A stretch of 64,000 nt of DNA from positions 66,553 to 130,552 of the forward strand of contig CAYJKV010000002.1 in assembly GCA_964371255.1 (NCBI GenBank), in the 5' to 3' direction. Below, piece after piece: positions 1-8,968 of the stretch. Each line of letters opens with the position of its first letter. The first letter of the stretch is position 1. Under the pieces are notes generated by a model. It worked only from the letters and a program-made list of their open reading frames with translations, did no database searches and had not been told where the DNA came from. The position numbers were made by a program, and so were the translations under genes. This stretch comes from an uncultured Candidatus Saccharibacteria bacterium. Lineage in GTDB: Bacteria > Patescibacteriota > Andersenbacteria > UBA10190.

Positions 1-80
1 CTGACGCACATATTACGAAACATCGCTGAGCGAGCTTTCTTTGTCCGCCCTAATGTTTTAAATTTTTTCTTGTGACGCAT
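1..80 (-). CDS. rplQ: 50S ribosomal protein L17, N-terminal part (gene runs off the window start)
   Basis: Reverse-strand translation from the ATG at 80..78 gives MRHKKKFKTLGRTKKARSAMFRNMCV, which matches the conserved L17 N-terminus (MRH.K.GRKL.R...HR.AM.RNM). It lies 19 nt downstream of the rpoA stop, the canonical position. Not in the ORF track because it is truncated. Confidence 0.75.
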   Translation of the reverse strand, partial: MRHKKKFKTLGRTKKARSAMFRNMCV

Positions 81-99
81 ACTAATATCCCCCTCTGCA

Positions 100-1062
100 T
101 TATTTACTGTCTTCCTCTGAGTGCGTCTTGGCGTACTTATCACGGGCTTCGATAATATCATGCACTGCCTTTTCGCCCAATCCTGGTATGTCTTGAATCT
201 GTTCTTCGGACAGATCAATCACTTGCTCTACCGCCGTTATACCAACTCTCTCCAACGCGTTATGTACGCGTGAAGGTAGCTGCAACAAATTCAATGTATT
301 CTCGGTTTGGGTCATCTCTTCATCTACCTCTGCCTTTTCTTCCACTACTTCTGGGCGCTCGCCGGTCAACTTGTCTTCAAAGTCCCCCGTTAGCTCCTTA
401 AAATGATCGGTGAGAATTGACGCTGCTTGGTTCAATGCTTCTTTCGGTGTAATAGTTCCGTCCGTCTCGATGTGTATGTTGAGCTTATGATAATCAGTAG
501 CCTGTCCCACCCGGACATTCTCCACTTTAAAACTGACCCGGACTACCGGCGTAAAAATAGCATCTAACACGATTGTTCCAATCACTTCCTGCTCTGAGTC
601 TTGCATTTCCAAGGGCTTATAGCCCCGCCCTTGTTCCACTGTGCAGCGCAGCTCTAAACTTGCTTTCTTGTCCGTCAAAGTCGCGATTGGCGTTGCCCCG
701 TTACTAATACTAACCTCTGCTGGTAATTCAAAATCACTCGCGGTAATTTTCTTTTCTCCGTTTACTTTTAACTTAATCACTACCGGTTCAGCGCTGCTTG
801 ATGACAGTCGCACTCTCTTCAGGTTTAACGTTAATCCAATCATGTCCTCTTTCACGCCTGGTAAAGTCGTAAATTCGTGATCAACCCCTTCAATCTTTAC
901 TTTAGTAATCGCCGCCCCGGGGAGGGATGATAACAAAACGCGTCGCAATGCATTACCCACTGTTGGGCCGTAGCCTGGATAATAAGGATAGATGCTGAAA
1001 CTTGCGCTGTTCTTGTCCTCTTCCTCAATGTTTATTTGTTCGGGTAAGTAAATGGGTTCCAT
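100..1062 (-). CDS. rpoA: DNA-directed RNA polymerase alpha subunit
   Basis: 320 aa with the GNALRRVLLSSLPG motif of the alpha N-terminal domain and a C-terminal alpha-CTD helix-hairpin-helix (LNLLQLPSRVHNALERVGITAVEQV). ATG at 1062 and TAA at 100..102 were checked in the sequence. Confidence 0.95.
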   Translation of the reverse strand: MEPIYLPEQINIEEEDKNSASFSIYPYYPGYGPTVGNALRRVLLSSLPGAAITKVKIEGVDHEFTTLPGVKEDMIGLTLNLKRVRLSSSSAEPVVIKLKVNGEKKITASDFELPAEVSISNGATPIATLTDKKASLELRCTVEQGRGYKPLEMQDSEQEVIGTIVLDAIFTPVVRVSFKVENVRVGQATDYHKLNIHIETDGTITPKEALNQAASILTDHFKELTGDFEDKLTGERPEVVEEKAEVDEEMTQTENTLNLLQLPSRVHNALERVGITAVEQVIDLSEEQIQDIPGLGEKAVHDIIEARDKYAKTHSEEDSK

Positions 1063-1085
1063 AATATAAATTAAGATTTAAGCGC

Positions 1086-1613
1086 TTATCTAGACAAAAA
1101 TTCAACAATCTCTTGGATGGCAACACCAATCCCGGTTTGGTCAACCTCGGGTTTGCCCACGACTTTGAAGCCGTAATTTTTTACATCCAGCTCCAGCCAC
1201 TCGGCTAATTGTGTGTTTTGCATCCGTTTATCAAAATTAGTAAAGTATGATTTTTTCCTCTTGCCTTCTTTTACTTGCACTACATCACCCTCGCTTAGCA
1301 AAATTGACGCCACGTTCACCGAACGACCGTTGACACTAAACAGTCCATGACTAGCCATCTGCCTGGCTTGTGCTCGTGTCGTCGCGAACCCGGCGCGATA
1401 AATCGCATTATCCAATCTCCTTTCTAGCCGCTCTATTAAAGCCGGCCCTGTTTCCGCGCTGGATTTCTTGGCAGCTTTATAATAATTTTTGAGCTGGTTT
1501 TCAGCCACCCCGTAAATCTCCTTTAAGTTCTGTTTCTCTTCTAATTGGGCGCCGAAACGGCTCTTTGGTTTCCGCCGGCCTCTTGATTGCTGTTGTTGTG
1601 CTCCTGCTGGCAT
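1086..1613 (-). CDS. rpsD: 30S ribosomal protein S4
   Basis: 175 aa with a basic N-terminus (RGRRKPKSRFG) and an S4 RNA-binding domain (LIERLERRLDNAIYRAGFATTRAQARQMASHGLFSVNGRSVNVASILLSEGDVV). Sits between rpsK and rpoA as expected. Confidence 0.9.
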   Translation of the reverse strand: MPAGAQQQQSRGRRKPKSRFGAQLEEKQNLKEIYGVAENQLKNYYKAAKKSSAETGPALIERLERRLDNAIYRAGFATTRAQARQMASHGLFSVNGRSVNVASILLSEGDVVQVKEGKRKKSYFTNFDKRMQNTQLAEWLELDVKNYGFKVVGKPEVDQTGIGVAIQEIVEFLSR

Positions 1614-1622
1614 AGTCGTAGC

Positions 1623-2018
1623 TTAGACCCGGCGCTTTTTAGGCGCTCGCACACCGTTGTGTGGAATCGGTGTCAGGTCTTTAATTAATGTCAAAGTTAA
1701 ACCGGCCACATTCAAGGAACGAATGGCTGCCTCGCGTGCGCTGCCAATTCCTTTTACAAAAACACATGCTTCCTGTACGTTAAAAGGCTTTAATTTTTCC
1801 ATGACATCAGCCACCGCTTGTTGGGCGGCGTATGGCGTTGCTTTCCTTGTGCCGCTAAAACCAACGTGCCCCGCGCTGCTCTGGGCCAGCACATTACCCT
1901 GCGTATCTGTGGCTGATATCAAGGTGTTATTATAACTGGACTTAATATAAATCCTCGCCTGCTTTACAGTTGCTGGCTTTTTGCTCTTCTTGTTAGTTTT
2001 TCCCTTTGTTTCACCCAT
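1623..2018 (-). CDS. rpsK: 30S ribosomal protein S11
   Basis: 131 aa with S11 signatures (ARIYIKSSYNNTLISATDTQGNVL...SSAGHVGFSGTRKATPYAAQQA). Canonical position. Confidence 0.92.
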   Translation of the reverse strand: MGETKGKTNKKSKKPATVKQARIYIKSSYNNTLISATDTQGNVLAQSSAGHVGFSGTRKATPYAAQQAVADVMEKLKPFNVQEACVFVKGIGSAREAAIRSLNVAGLTLTLIKDLTPIPHNGVRAPKKRRV

Positions 2019-2057
2019 ATATGAATCGTAATTGCTTTTAAAATCTGCAGTATCAGG

Positions 2058-2450
2058 CTATGTCTTTTCCGCCGAAGCCTTACGTCCGCTGCCGGCTGTC
2101 TTTCTGACATTACCTCGCACCGTCCGAGAATTTGTTTTTGTCCGCTGGCCGCGCACTGGCAGGTTCTTGCTGTGTCTGGTACCGCGATAAGTGCCGACGT
2201 CTTTCTGGTGTTTGATATTTTGCATGACGCTGCGGCGCAAGTCTCCTTCCACTTGGATGTTTTCTTCAATGTAGTCGCGCAGCTTTTTTTCTTCTTCCGG
2301 GCCTAGCTCCTTAGTTTTCAATCCCTCATTAATTTTTAATTGCCCCAAAATTCGGCCGCTCAGAGATCGCCCAATCCCATAAATACTCATCAAACTGATG
2401 ACAATCTGTTTGTTGTCTGGTAGGTTAACTCCGCTAATACGAATTGGCAT
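2058..2450 (-). CDS. rpsM: 30S ribosomal protein S13
   Basis: 130 aa beginning MPIRISGVNLPDNKQIVISLMSIYGIGRS, the S13 N-terminal consensus (ARIAGV.LP..K...ALTYIYGIG), followed by a basic C-tail. Confidence 0.92.
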   Translation of the reverse strand: MPIRISGVNLPDNKQIVISLMSIYGIGRSLSGRILGQLKINEGLKTKELGPEEEKKLRDYIEENIQVEGDLRRSVMQNIKHQKDVGTYRGTRHSKNLPVRGQRTKTNSRTVRGNVRKTAGSGRKASAEKT

Positions 2451-2471
2451 ATATATAAATCAAATATCAAA

Positions 2472-2585
2472 TTATCCTTGTCTTTGCTTGTGCCGCGGAT
2501 TTTCACACAACACTCGCACTCTCCCTTTGCGTCTTACCACAGTGCACTTGGCACATATTTTTTTTACCGAAGATCTCACTTTCAT
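2472..2585 (-). CDS. rpmJ: 50S ribosomal protein L36 (37 aa; too short for the ORF track)
   Basis: Manual reverse-strand translation from the ATG at 2585..2583 to the TAA at 2474..2472 gives [37 protein letters not shown]. This is the L36 zinc-ribbon consensus (C..C...C..H), located between infA and rpsM. Confidence 0.85.
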   Translation of the reverse strand: MKVRSSVKKICAKCTVVRRKGRVRVLCENPRHKQRQG

Positions 2586-2587
2586 AT

Positions 2588-2806
2588 TTATTCCATTCTT
2601 TGCACTATTCGTCCTTTGGTCAAGTCGTAGGGGGACATTTCCACCCGGACCCTGTCTCCCGGTAAGATCCGTATGCGATGAACCCGCATTCTGCCGCTTA
2701 AGTGGGCCATGATCTCCTGACCGCTATCCAGCGTGACTTGGAACTGCGTGTTCGGCAGGCTCTTTTCTACATCCCCTTCGACGGTGACAGTATCTTGCTT
2801 AGACAA
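2588..2806 (-). CDS. infA: translation initiation factor IF-1 (probable TTG start at 2806; the maximal ORF extends to 2854)
   Basis: 72 aa from the TTG at 2806..2804: [72 protein letters not shown]. This is an S1-like OB fold with the IF-1 consensus (G.V.E.L.N..F.V.L.NG....A..SGKMR...IRIL.GD.V..E.SPYDL.KGRI..R). The 88-aa version in the ORF track adds a non-conserved N-extension. Confidence 0.85.
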   Translation of the reverse strand: MSKQDTVTVEGDVEKSLPNTQFQVTLDSGQEIMAHLSGRMRVHRIRILPGDRVRVEMSPYDLTKGRIVQRME

Positions 2807-3161
2807 ATTACTATAATTAAAAATTATCCCTCGCTCCATAAAACTTGGGACCATCAGCTGCTTTGTTATGGTGCACCTGCTTACCCAAAGTCCTGGCGTG
2901 CGATTTCCATAGCTTAGTTAAACACACCTCTTTTGTCAAATATCTTTTTCCCGCCGCCGGTGCCATTTCCGCCTACTGAGGCCGCCCGGGGCCTATTCGT
3001 TCTTGGCCACCAACTGCCCAAAACCCTCGGTCGGTCAATTTCTATGCTGCCAAAAGCTCACGCTCCGAATTTTCGTCAACCAGCCCGCTGGCTTGAATTT
3101 CCGGCCATCGCCTTCACGATTTATTTCTGATTTCCCTCGCGCCCGACTTCGCACTTTATTC

Positions 3162-4601
3162 CTATATTTTCTTTTCTGACTCCAACTGAATATCCACCCG
3201 TCTTTCTATACGCGGTATTGATTTTACCCAAAAAGGCCAAAGTTTAATCTCCGTTGATCTAACTCCAGGCAGCCCTTCCAAATATTCACGAGCCTCTGTC
3301 ATTGAGCGGCCGGCTAGTTTTTGCCGCAACGTCTCCACCGCCAAGTTAGGCACGGTACTATGTGTGACTCGGACGGCAACGGTCGCCTGTGCCTCGTCCC
3401 AGTTTATGTCTTTAACACTAACAGTGAAAGAAATCGGCCCAGGAAACAGCATATAGTCCTTGTCTAACCGTCCCTCCAGTTTTTCCTTCATCCTCATTTC
3501 AAATAGCGCCTTTTCAAACCCAATCACCCGGACGACTATTTGTCCTTGGTAATCCATCGCCGGCACCTTATCCCCTTCTTGGCTGGTGCTGGTAAAATTC
3601 ACGACTTCCGTATTCCAACTTTCCTCCAATAATTCCCATCCTTCTGGTAACTCGTCCTTGATTTGCTGGGTCGCTTGTTGCCGGGCCTGATTCCCAGCTT
3701 CCTTGCTGGCCGCTGCCAGATCTTCTTTCCCTACCACCGCCACCGCTTCCCCACTTCCGCCGCTAAACGATTGCTTAGCTTCCGCCCAGACCACTTGTTG
3801 TGATGCTTCATCAAACGCCACGAAGTCAAGGCGCTGTCCCTCAATATTCCCCTCTTCCCCTTCCTCGGCAGCCAGCACTTCCACCGGGACTCGCCCGTTC
3901 GGTGGCACCATGGCATGCTTTTGCATATAAAACAGCCGGCCATCCTTAGTCTCCAGACGGCTTTGTTCCTTGATCTTTTGCTCGGTACCCGTGTTGTTCA
4001 CGATATCCACAACGCCGCTGCTTTTGCTGCCGATAATCTCACGATTTTGTACTTGCCAATTCCCCCGCACAGCAATTTCCCGATAAAAACTAGTCCCTGG
4101 AATGATTTGGTCGTTATTGTTGGCTTGGCCGATCAATACTTCCTCGTCAGCCAGCAAAGGTGCCGTTCTTAATTTAAGATCGATCGCCGCGGTCGGTAGA
4201 AAAATAATACTGGAGATCAAACCGGCAATCATTACTAAACCAATCAATCCCAACATAATCTTTCGCTCGGACTGTCCCATCCACACCCGCTGTTTCTTTG
4301 CCAAAGGTGCCGCGGCGAATAATGGTCGTCTTTCGGCTTGTGTCGCTTCCTCGGTTACTGTGCTAGGTTGGGCTAATTCCTCGGTCCTGATTTTTGCTAA
4401 AGGTACGCTTTTGCCGCTCAAGTCCATTGTCTTTTTATTTGGCGCACCGTCAGGGCCAACTCTACTGGCCGACTGCTTCAGCTTATCCTTGCTCGCCTGG
4501 CTGGCCTCAAATAATTCAATTTCTTCAACTTTGCCAATATCCAACGGCGGCAACCCGGTCTCGTTCTTATTGTCGCTGTTGCGCTTTATATCTCGCATCA
4601 T
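3162..4601 (-). CDS. hypothetical single-pass membrane protein (Lys/Glu-rich cytoplasmic N-region, one TM, large extracytoplasmic domain)
   Basis: 479 aa with a single hydrophobic helix LGLIGLVMIAGLISSIIFLP around residues 125-145. I recognise no catalytic motif. It occupies the position where secY-adk-map usually sit upstream of infA. Confidence 0.45.
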   Translation of the reverse strand: MMRDIKRNSDNKNETGLPPLDIGKVEEIELFEASQASKDKLKQSASRVGPDGAPNKKTMDLSGKSVPLAKIRTEELAQPSTVTEEATQAERRPLFAAAPLAKKQRVWMGQSERKIMLGLIGLVMIAGLISSIIFLPTAAIDLKLRTAPLLADEEVLIGQANNNDQIIPGTSFYREIAVRGNWQVQNREIIGSKSSGVVDIVNNTGTEQKIKEQSRLETKDGRLFYMQKHAMVPPNGRVPVEVLAAEEGEEGNIEGQRLDFVAFDEASQQVVWAEAKQSFSGGSGEAVAVVGKEDLAAASKEAGNQARQQATQQIKDELPEGWELLEESWNTEVVNFTSTSQEGDKVPAMDYQGQIVVRVIGFEKALFEMRMKEKLEGRLDKDYMLFPGPISFTVSVKDINWDEAQATVAVRVTHSTVPNLAVETLRQKLAGRSMTEAREYLEGLPGVRSTEIKLWPFWVKSIPRIERRVDIQLESEKKI

Positions 4602-4700
4602 ATTTTAATAATTATATTATCTCTTCACATCCTATCTCAAATTGCCCCATCAATCACATACTTATGTCCGCGTCGTTTGTTTTAGCTTGTGTAGACTCAT

Positions 4701-6479
4701 TTATTCCAGGATAGCTTTAATCCGTCTGATGCCGGCTGCCGCTGCTTCTTCTTTTATGATCCTAAACTTCCCTAGCTCGCTGGTGTTACCGGCGTGGGGA
4801 CCGCCGCATATTTCCAGGGACACGTCACCTATTTTATAGACGCTTACATTTTTCTCGTATTTTTCTTTGAACAATCCCACCGCGCCCATAACTTTAGCCT
4901 GCTCTAAGGTTGTTTCTATCCGCTCGACCTTGATCTGATCGGCTATCGCTTGATTGATAAACTCCTCAATTCGCCTAATCTCGTCCGCATTTAATTTACG
5001 ATCGAAATTAAAATCAAAACGCAATCGCTCCGCTGTAATGTTACTGCCTTTTTGATTTATGTCTTGGCCCAGCAGTGTATGCAGCGCTGCATGCAGCAGG
5101 TGTGTCGCTGTGTGGTATTTTCTTGATTGCCGACTCTCATCGGTGAGTCCCCCTTTGAATTTATTGCTTGATCCGGCCCGGGACTTAGCTTGGTGTTCAG
5201 CGAATTGCCGTTGAAAGTCTTCGAGGTCCACTCCTTTGCCCACTTCACTTGCCAGTTCAGCGGTTAACTCCACTGGAAAACCGAAACTTTGTAATAGCAA
5301 CAAGGCGTCATTGCCGCTGATTTTATTCGGGCTTATTTTTTCAATTTCCTCGAACTTCTTCATTCCCCTGTTCAATGATCTCGCAAACTTAATAATTTCC
5401 TGTTCGACCGCAGCTTGCGCGGCCGGTAAATTGCTTCTCATTTGCGGGTAAACTGATTCGTACTCGTGCACCACTTTTCCCATACCTGTCACAAATAGAC
5501 TCGTTAAATCCTGCCCGCCCAGGCTTTGCGCCGTGACTACAGTCCGTCTAATCAAGCGCCGCAGCACGTACCCTTGCTCCGTATTGCTGGGAATAACATG
5601 GTTTTCATCAGTCATCACAAATGTCACCGCTTTTAGATGGTCAGCCATTATTCTTAATTTTTTTTCGTTCACCGCCGACCCTTGCCAATACTCGTCGCGT
5701 AACCACTTCATCAAGGGTCGGTATGTATCGATCTCATAAATACTATTAAAACCGCCCAGTGCCATCGCCGTCCGCTCCAATCCCATGCCGGTATCAACAT
5801 TCTTCTGCTGCAGTGGTGCTAACTTTCCCCCATTGCTCCGCGTATATTCCATAAAAACGTCATTCCATATTTCCACCCATTGCTTGTTGTTCGGGTCGAA
5901 CTGCTGGGGTGCGGCTGCTGTTCCCGTCCAATAAAACATTTCCGTATCGGGTCCCTGCGGACCACTTTCTTTGCCTCCCGCCGGCCACCAATTCTCCTCA
6001 CTATTCAAAAAAGCGATCCGTTCCTTAGGTAAGCCGACCTCTTCCCATTTCTTCGCCACTCTCTCATCTCGCGGTGCGTTCTCATCGCCGGCAAATACAC
6101 TTACCGCCAGCCTCTTGGGATCGATGCCCAGCCATTGATCGTCGGTTAAAAATTCCCAGCTTAATTTAATCGCTTCATCCTTGCCATAATCACCCAGCGA
6201 CCAATTACCCAGCATTTCAAACACCGTCGCGTGCGTCTCATCTCCCACCTCATCGATGTCGGTCGTTCGCAAGCATAGCTGGACATCTGTTAACCGACGG
6301 CCCTGGGGGTGTGTTTGGCCCTGCAAGTAGGGCACTAGCGGATGCATTCCGGCGGTCGTAAACAAAACAGACGGATCATTTTCCGGAAGCAAAGAACTGC
6401 CGGCAATCCGCTGATGACCGTGCTTTTCGAAAAATTCCTGATATTTCTCCCGCAGCTCTTGACTGCTTATTTCAATCAT
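4701..6479 (-). CDS. alaS: alanine--tRNA ligase, short form (catalytic, tRNA-recognition and editing domains; no C-Ala domain)
   Basis: Class II AlaRS N-terminus (FFEKHGHQRIAGSSLLPENDPSVLFTTAGMHPL), GNWSLGDY, and the editing-domain metal site HTATHLLHAALHTLLG...CGGPH. The most likely start is the ATG at 6479 (MIEISSQELREKYQEFF); the maximal ORF starts at 6521. About 592 aa against about 870 aa for typical bacterial AlaRS. Confidence 0.9.
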   Translation of the reverse strand: MIEISSQELREKYQEFFEKHGHQRIAGSSLLPENDPSVLFTTAGMHPLVPYLQGQTHPQGRRLTDVQLCLRTTDIDEVGDETHATVFEMLGNWSLGDYGKDEAIKLSWEFLTDDQWLGIDPKRLAVSVFAGDENAPRDERVAKKWEEVGLPKERIAFLNSEENWWPAGGKESGPQGPDTEMFYWTGTAAAPQQFDPNNKQWVEIWNDVFMEYTRSNGGKLAPLQQKNVDTGMGLERTAMALGGFNSIYEIDTYRPLMKWLRDEYWQGSAVNEKKLRIMADHLKAVTFVMTDENHVIPSNTEQGYVLRRLIRRTVVTAQSLGGQDLTSLFVTGMGKVVHEYESVYPQMRSNLPAAQAAVEQEIIKFARSLNRGMKKFEEIEKISPNKISGNDALLLLQSFGFPVELTAELASEVGKGVDLEDFQRQFAEHQAKSRAGSSNKFKGGLTDESRQSRKYHTATHLLHAALHTLLGQDINQKGSNITAERLRFDFNFDRKLNADEIRRIEEFINQAIADQIKVERIETTLEQAKVMGAVGLFKEKYEKNVSVYKIGDVSLEICGGPHAGNTSELGKFRIIKEEAAAAGIRRIKAILE

Positions 6480-6528
6480 AAACTTATCCTGCCACTGACT
6501 TATGGCGGCCGCAACCCTCACTCAGAGC

Positions 6529-7218
6529 TTAAAAGTATTTTCTTTCCTTTGACTTAAATACGATCTCGACCGCCTCAGCAGCGTTGTTCACTATGTTGTA
6601 CAAACCCAATTCGCTTTTATCAATGGTCTTATATTCTTGCACTAACACCTGTCTGATCCAACTGTCTAGCCCTTCCCAGTAATCATGCCCGACACAAATA
6701 ATCGGCACCGCTTCCATTTTTTGGGTTTGCACCAGGGTCACCATTTCAAAAAATTCGTCTAGTGTGCCGTATCCTCCGGGGAAAAAAATGTAAGCCTGGG
6801 CCGAGGCTGACAGCATAACTTTGCGTGTGAAAAAATAATGGAAGCCTATACCTTGCTGAACGTATTTATTCCGGCGTTGTGCGCTTGGCAGTTCAATATC
6901 AAGCCCCACAGATTGACCGCCCCCTTCTACTGCTCCTCGATTAGCCGCTTCCATTATGCCTGGCCCTCCGCCGGTAATAATCGTATAACCTTGTTCTCCC
7001 AGCATTTTCCCCATCATTCTCGCTTCTTCATACCAGGTTGAGCCAGGTTCCAATTGGGCCGATCCAAAAACTGTCACTTCCCGCCGCAGTGGATAAAGAA
7101 ACTCAAATCCATCCACAAACTCAGCCATAATGCGGAAGATTCGCCAATTCGCATCCTCCGCAAAATCAAAGGGCTTATCAATGGGGACTTTTTGCTTCAG
7201 CTTGGCAGTATCCTTCAT
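6529..7218 (-). CDS. LOG-family protein (cytokinin riboside 5'-monophosphate phosphoribohydrolase / TIGR00730 Rossmann-fold nucleotide-binding family)
   Basis: 229 aa with the LOG signatures TGGGPGIMEAANRGA and PGGYGTLDEFFE. Confidence 0.85.
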   Translation of the reverse strand: MKDTAKLKQKVPIDKPFDFAEDANWRIFRIMAEFVDGFEFLYPLRREVTVFGSAQLEPGSTWYEEARMMGKMLGEQGYTIITGGGPGIMEAANRGAVEGGGQSVGLDIELPSAQRRNKYVQQGIGFHYFFTRKVMLSASAQAYIFFPGGYGTLDEFFEMVTLVQTQKMEAVPIICVGHDYWEGLDSWIRQVLVQEYKTIDKSELGLYNIVNNAAEAVEIVFKSKERKYF

Positions 7219-7258
7219 AGGTTAAATTATACCAGTCTTCTCCTAATTCGAAACATGA

Positions 7259-8938
7259 TTACCTGATAGACGGTGGTCGCGGCCCCCCGCTAAATTTCTG
7301 CTTATTAGTGGCAGCCATATTTATTTTTCCGCCACCCTGCAATTTTCTGCTCTCCTCCTGCCTCTCCGTCTTAAGTTTCTCGTAACACTCCCGGCAATAA
7401 ACCGGCTGTCCCGCCTTGGGCTCAAACGGCACGTCCGTATCTCGTCCACAACGATCGCATTTCACATGCACTAATCTCGGTTTTAATAAACTGGCCAGAT
7501 CGGTGATTTCCTCTGTGCTTTTTTCTACCCGCATCTCCTGTAATACTTTTTCCGCCTGGCTGGGTGCCGGCAACATCGGCTTATCTTCCCGCCGCGACTG
7601 TGTTTGCCTGCCTCGTGGTTGATTACCGGCTGTGCGATGGTCGGCCGCAGCATTGAAAACAACTCCGCTCCATCGTGCGATCTTATCCTCCACGATCGCC
7701 CGCGGTCGTCCGTACCGTTCCCGGGAGACGTTTATTACAGTTTCCTTCTTATCAAATCCTTCTCGACTGGGCGCAACAGTTTGCATGCTGAAAGCCTTAC
7801 TCGTGACGCCGTCAATCATTAACTTGATATAGGCATTGTACTTATCCAAGTTGACCAAATCGGTTTCCATGAATGTTGGCGCGAATTCTTTCTCCAAGAA
7901 CTCCGCGTCAGCCGCGCCTACCCTGAAACAAACTATCGTACCGGCGTTGCCAAAAACTGCGCCGCGTACCATTTCATCCTCCATCTGTTCAATATACTGG
8001 TGGGCCATTGTCAGATTTAACCGGTATTTACGCGCCTCCGATAAAATGCTGGCAAATGATTCGGTAGCAAAATTTTGGAACTCATCGACATACAAATAAA
8101 AATCCTTCCGCTGCGCTTCCGGTATTTTAGCCCGGTCCATGGCGGCTAATTGCAGGCGCGTTATGAGCATGGCTCCTAATAATGATGAATTATCTTCTCC
8201 GATCCTTCCCTTACTGGCATTGATCAGCAATATCTTTTGGTTATCCATCACATCTGTCATATCGATCGTGCTTTTGGGTTGAGCGACAATATTGCGGATA
8301 ATCGACGACGTTAAAAATTGCCCCACCTTATTCTGGATCGGTGAAATCGCTTCCGCTCTAAACCGTTCATTGTAATTGGAAAATTCGTTGAGCCAAAAAG
8401 ATTTGACGACCGGATCTTGAATCTTTTCCACGACTTTTTTACGGTATTGATTATCCCCTAACATCCGCAAAATTCCCAGCATAGTGCTCGCGGGATAATC
8501 CAGCAGAGCTAAAATCGTATTTCTTAAAATGTATTCCAGCCGCGGCCCCCAGGAGTCTGCCCAGATTTTCTTCAATGATCCAATTAAACCAGACGAAACT
8601 AAGTATTTATATTGCGGATCAACCGCCTCCAGTACGTTGAAACCGACCGGATATTCCACGTCCGATGGATCAAAATAAATCACGTCGTTGATTCGTTCCG
8701 GCGGGATGAAATCAAGTAAGCCCTCAGCCATATCCCCGTGTGGATCAACTAAGGCCACGCCTTTACCCCGCATAATATCCTGTTTGATCATCCCTTCCAT
8801 TAACGTTGTTTTTCCAACACCCGTTTTCCCAATGATGTATACATGCCGTCGTCGGTCATCGCTATAAATCCCAAACTGCCGTTCCTGTCCCCGGAACTTG
8901 GTCACCCCCATTACGGTTATGTCGCTGTCGTCTGCCAT
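7259..8938 (-). CDS. P-loop ATPase resembling type IV secretion coupling proteins (VirD4/TraG/TraD-like), with a C-terminal zinc ribbon
   Basis: 559 aa. Walker A is YIIGKTGVGKTTL followed by VALVDPHGD. Walker B is FYLYVDEFQNF, and an arginine-finger-like segment ARKYRLNLTMAHQ follows. The C-terminus carries CDRCGRDTD...VYCRECYEK (CxxC-N17-CxxC). The family is assigned from motif layout only; the ATG at 8938 was checked. Confidence 0.5.
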   Translation of the reverse strand: MADDSDITVMGVTKFRGQERQFGIYSDDRRRHVYIIGKTGVGKTTLMEGMIKQDIMRGKGVALVDPHGDMAEGLLDFIPPERINDVIYFDPSDVEYPVGFNVLEAVDPQYKYLVSSGLIGSLKKIWADSWGPRLEYILRNTILALLDYPASTMLGILRMLGDNQYRKKVVEKIQDPVVKSFWLNEFSNYNERFRAEAISPIQNKVGQFLTSSIIRNIVAQPKSTIDMTDVMDNQKILLINASKGRIGEDNSSLLGAMLITRLQLAAMDRAKIPEAQRKDFYLYVDEFQNFATESFASILSEARKYRLNLTMAHQYIEQMEDEMVRGAVFGNAGTIVCFRVGAADAEFLEKEFAPTFMETDLVNLDKYNAYIKLMIDGVTSKAFSMQTVAPSREGFDKKETVINVSRERYGRPRAIVEDKIARWSGVVFNAAADHRTAGNQPRGRQTQSRREDKPMLPAPSQAEKVLQEMRVEKSTEEITDLASLLKPRLVHVKCDRCGRDTDVPFEPKAGQPVYCRECYEKLKTERQEESRKLQGGGKINMAATNKQKFSGGPRPPSIR

Positions 8939-8968
8939 AGAATTATTTGCAATTAAAGGTCGTCAATA

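Noticed and set aside
641-880. Plus-strand ORFs lying antisense inside well-supported minus-strand genes (for example 641..880 in rpoA, 1657..1935 in rpsK, 3703..4608 set in the hypothetical gene, 5236..5739 in alaS, 15561..16010 and 16320..17057 in murD, 31957..32373 in the Wzx-GT gene)
   Set aside because: They overlap genes with strong family signatures on the opposite strand. They are low-complexity or Cys/Pro/Ser-rich, have no start context, and are typical shadow ORFs of GC-neutral coding DNA.
1964-2269. 101-aa minus-strand ORF overlapping the rpsM 3' region in another frame
   Set aside because: It overlaps S13 (strong call) and its N-terminus runs into rpsK. The composition is Arg/Cys-rich with no motif. 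Frame artefact.
2398-2712. 104-aa plus-strand ORF spanning the rpmJ and infA region
   Set aside because: The same DNA encodes a perfect L36 (manually translated) and IF-1 on the minus strand, so the plus-strand ORF is spurious.
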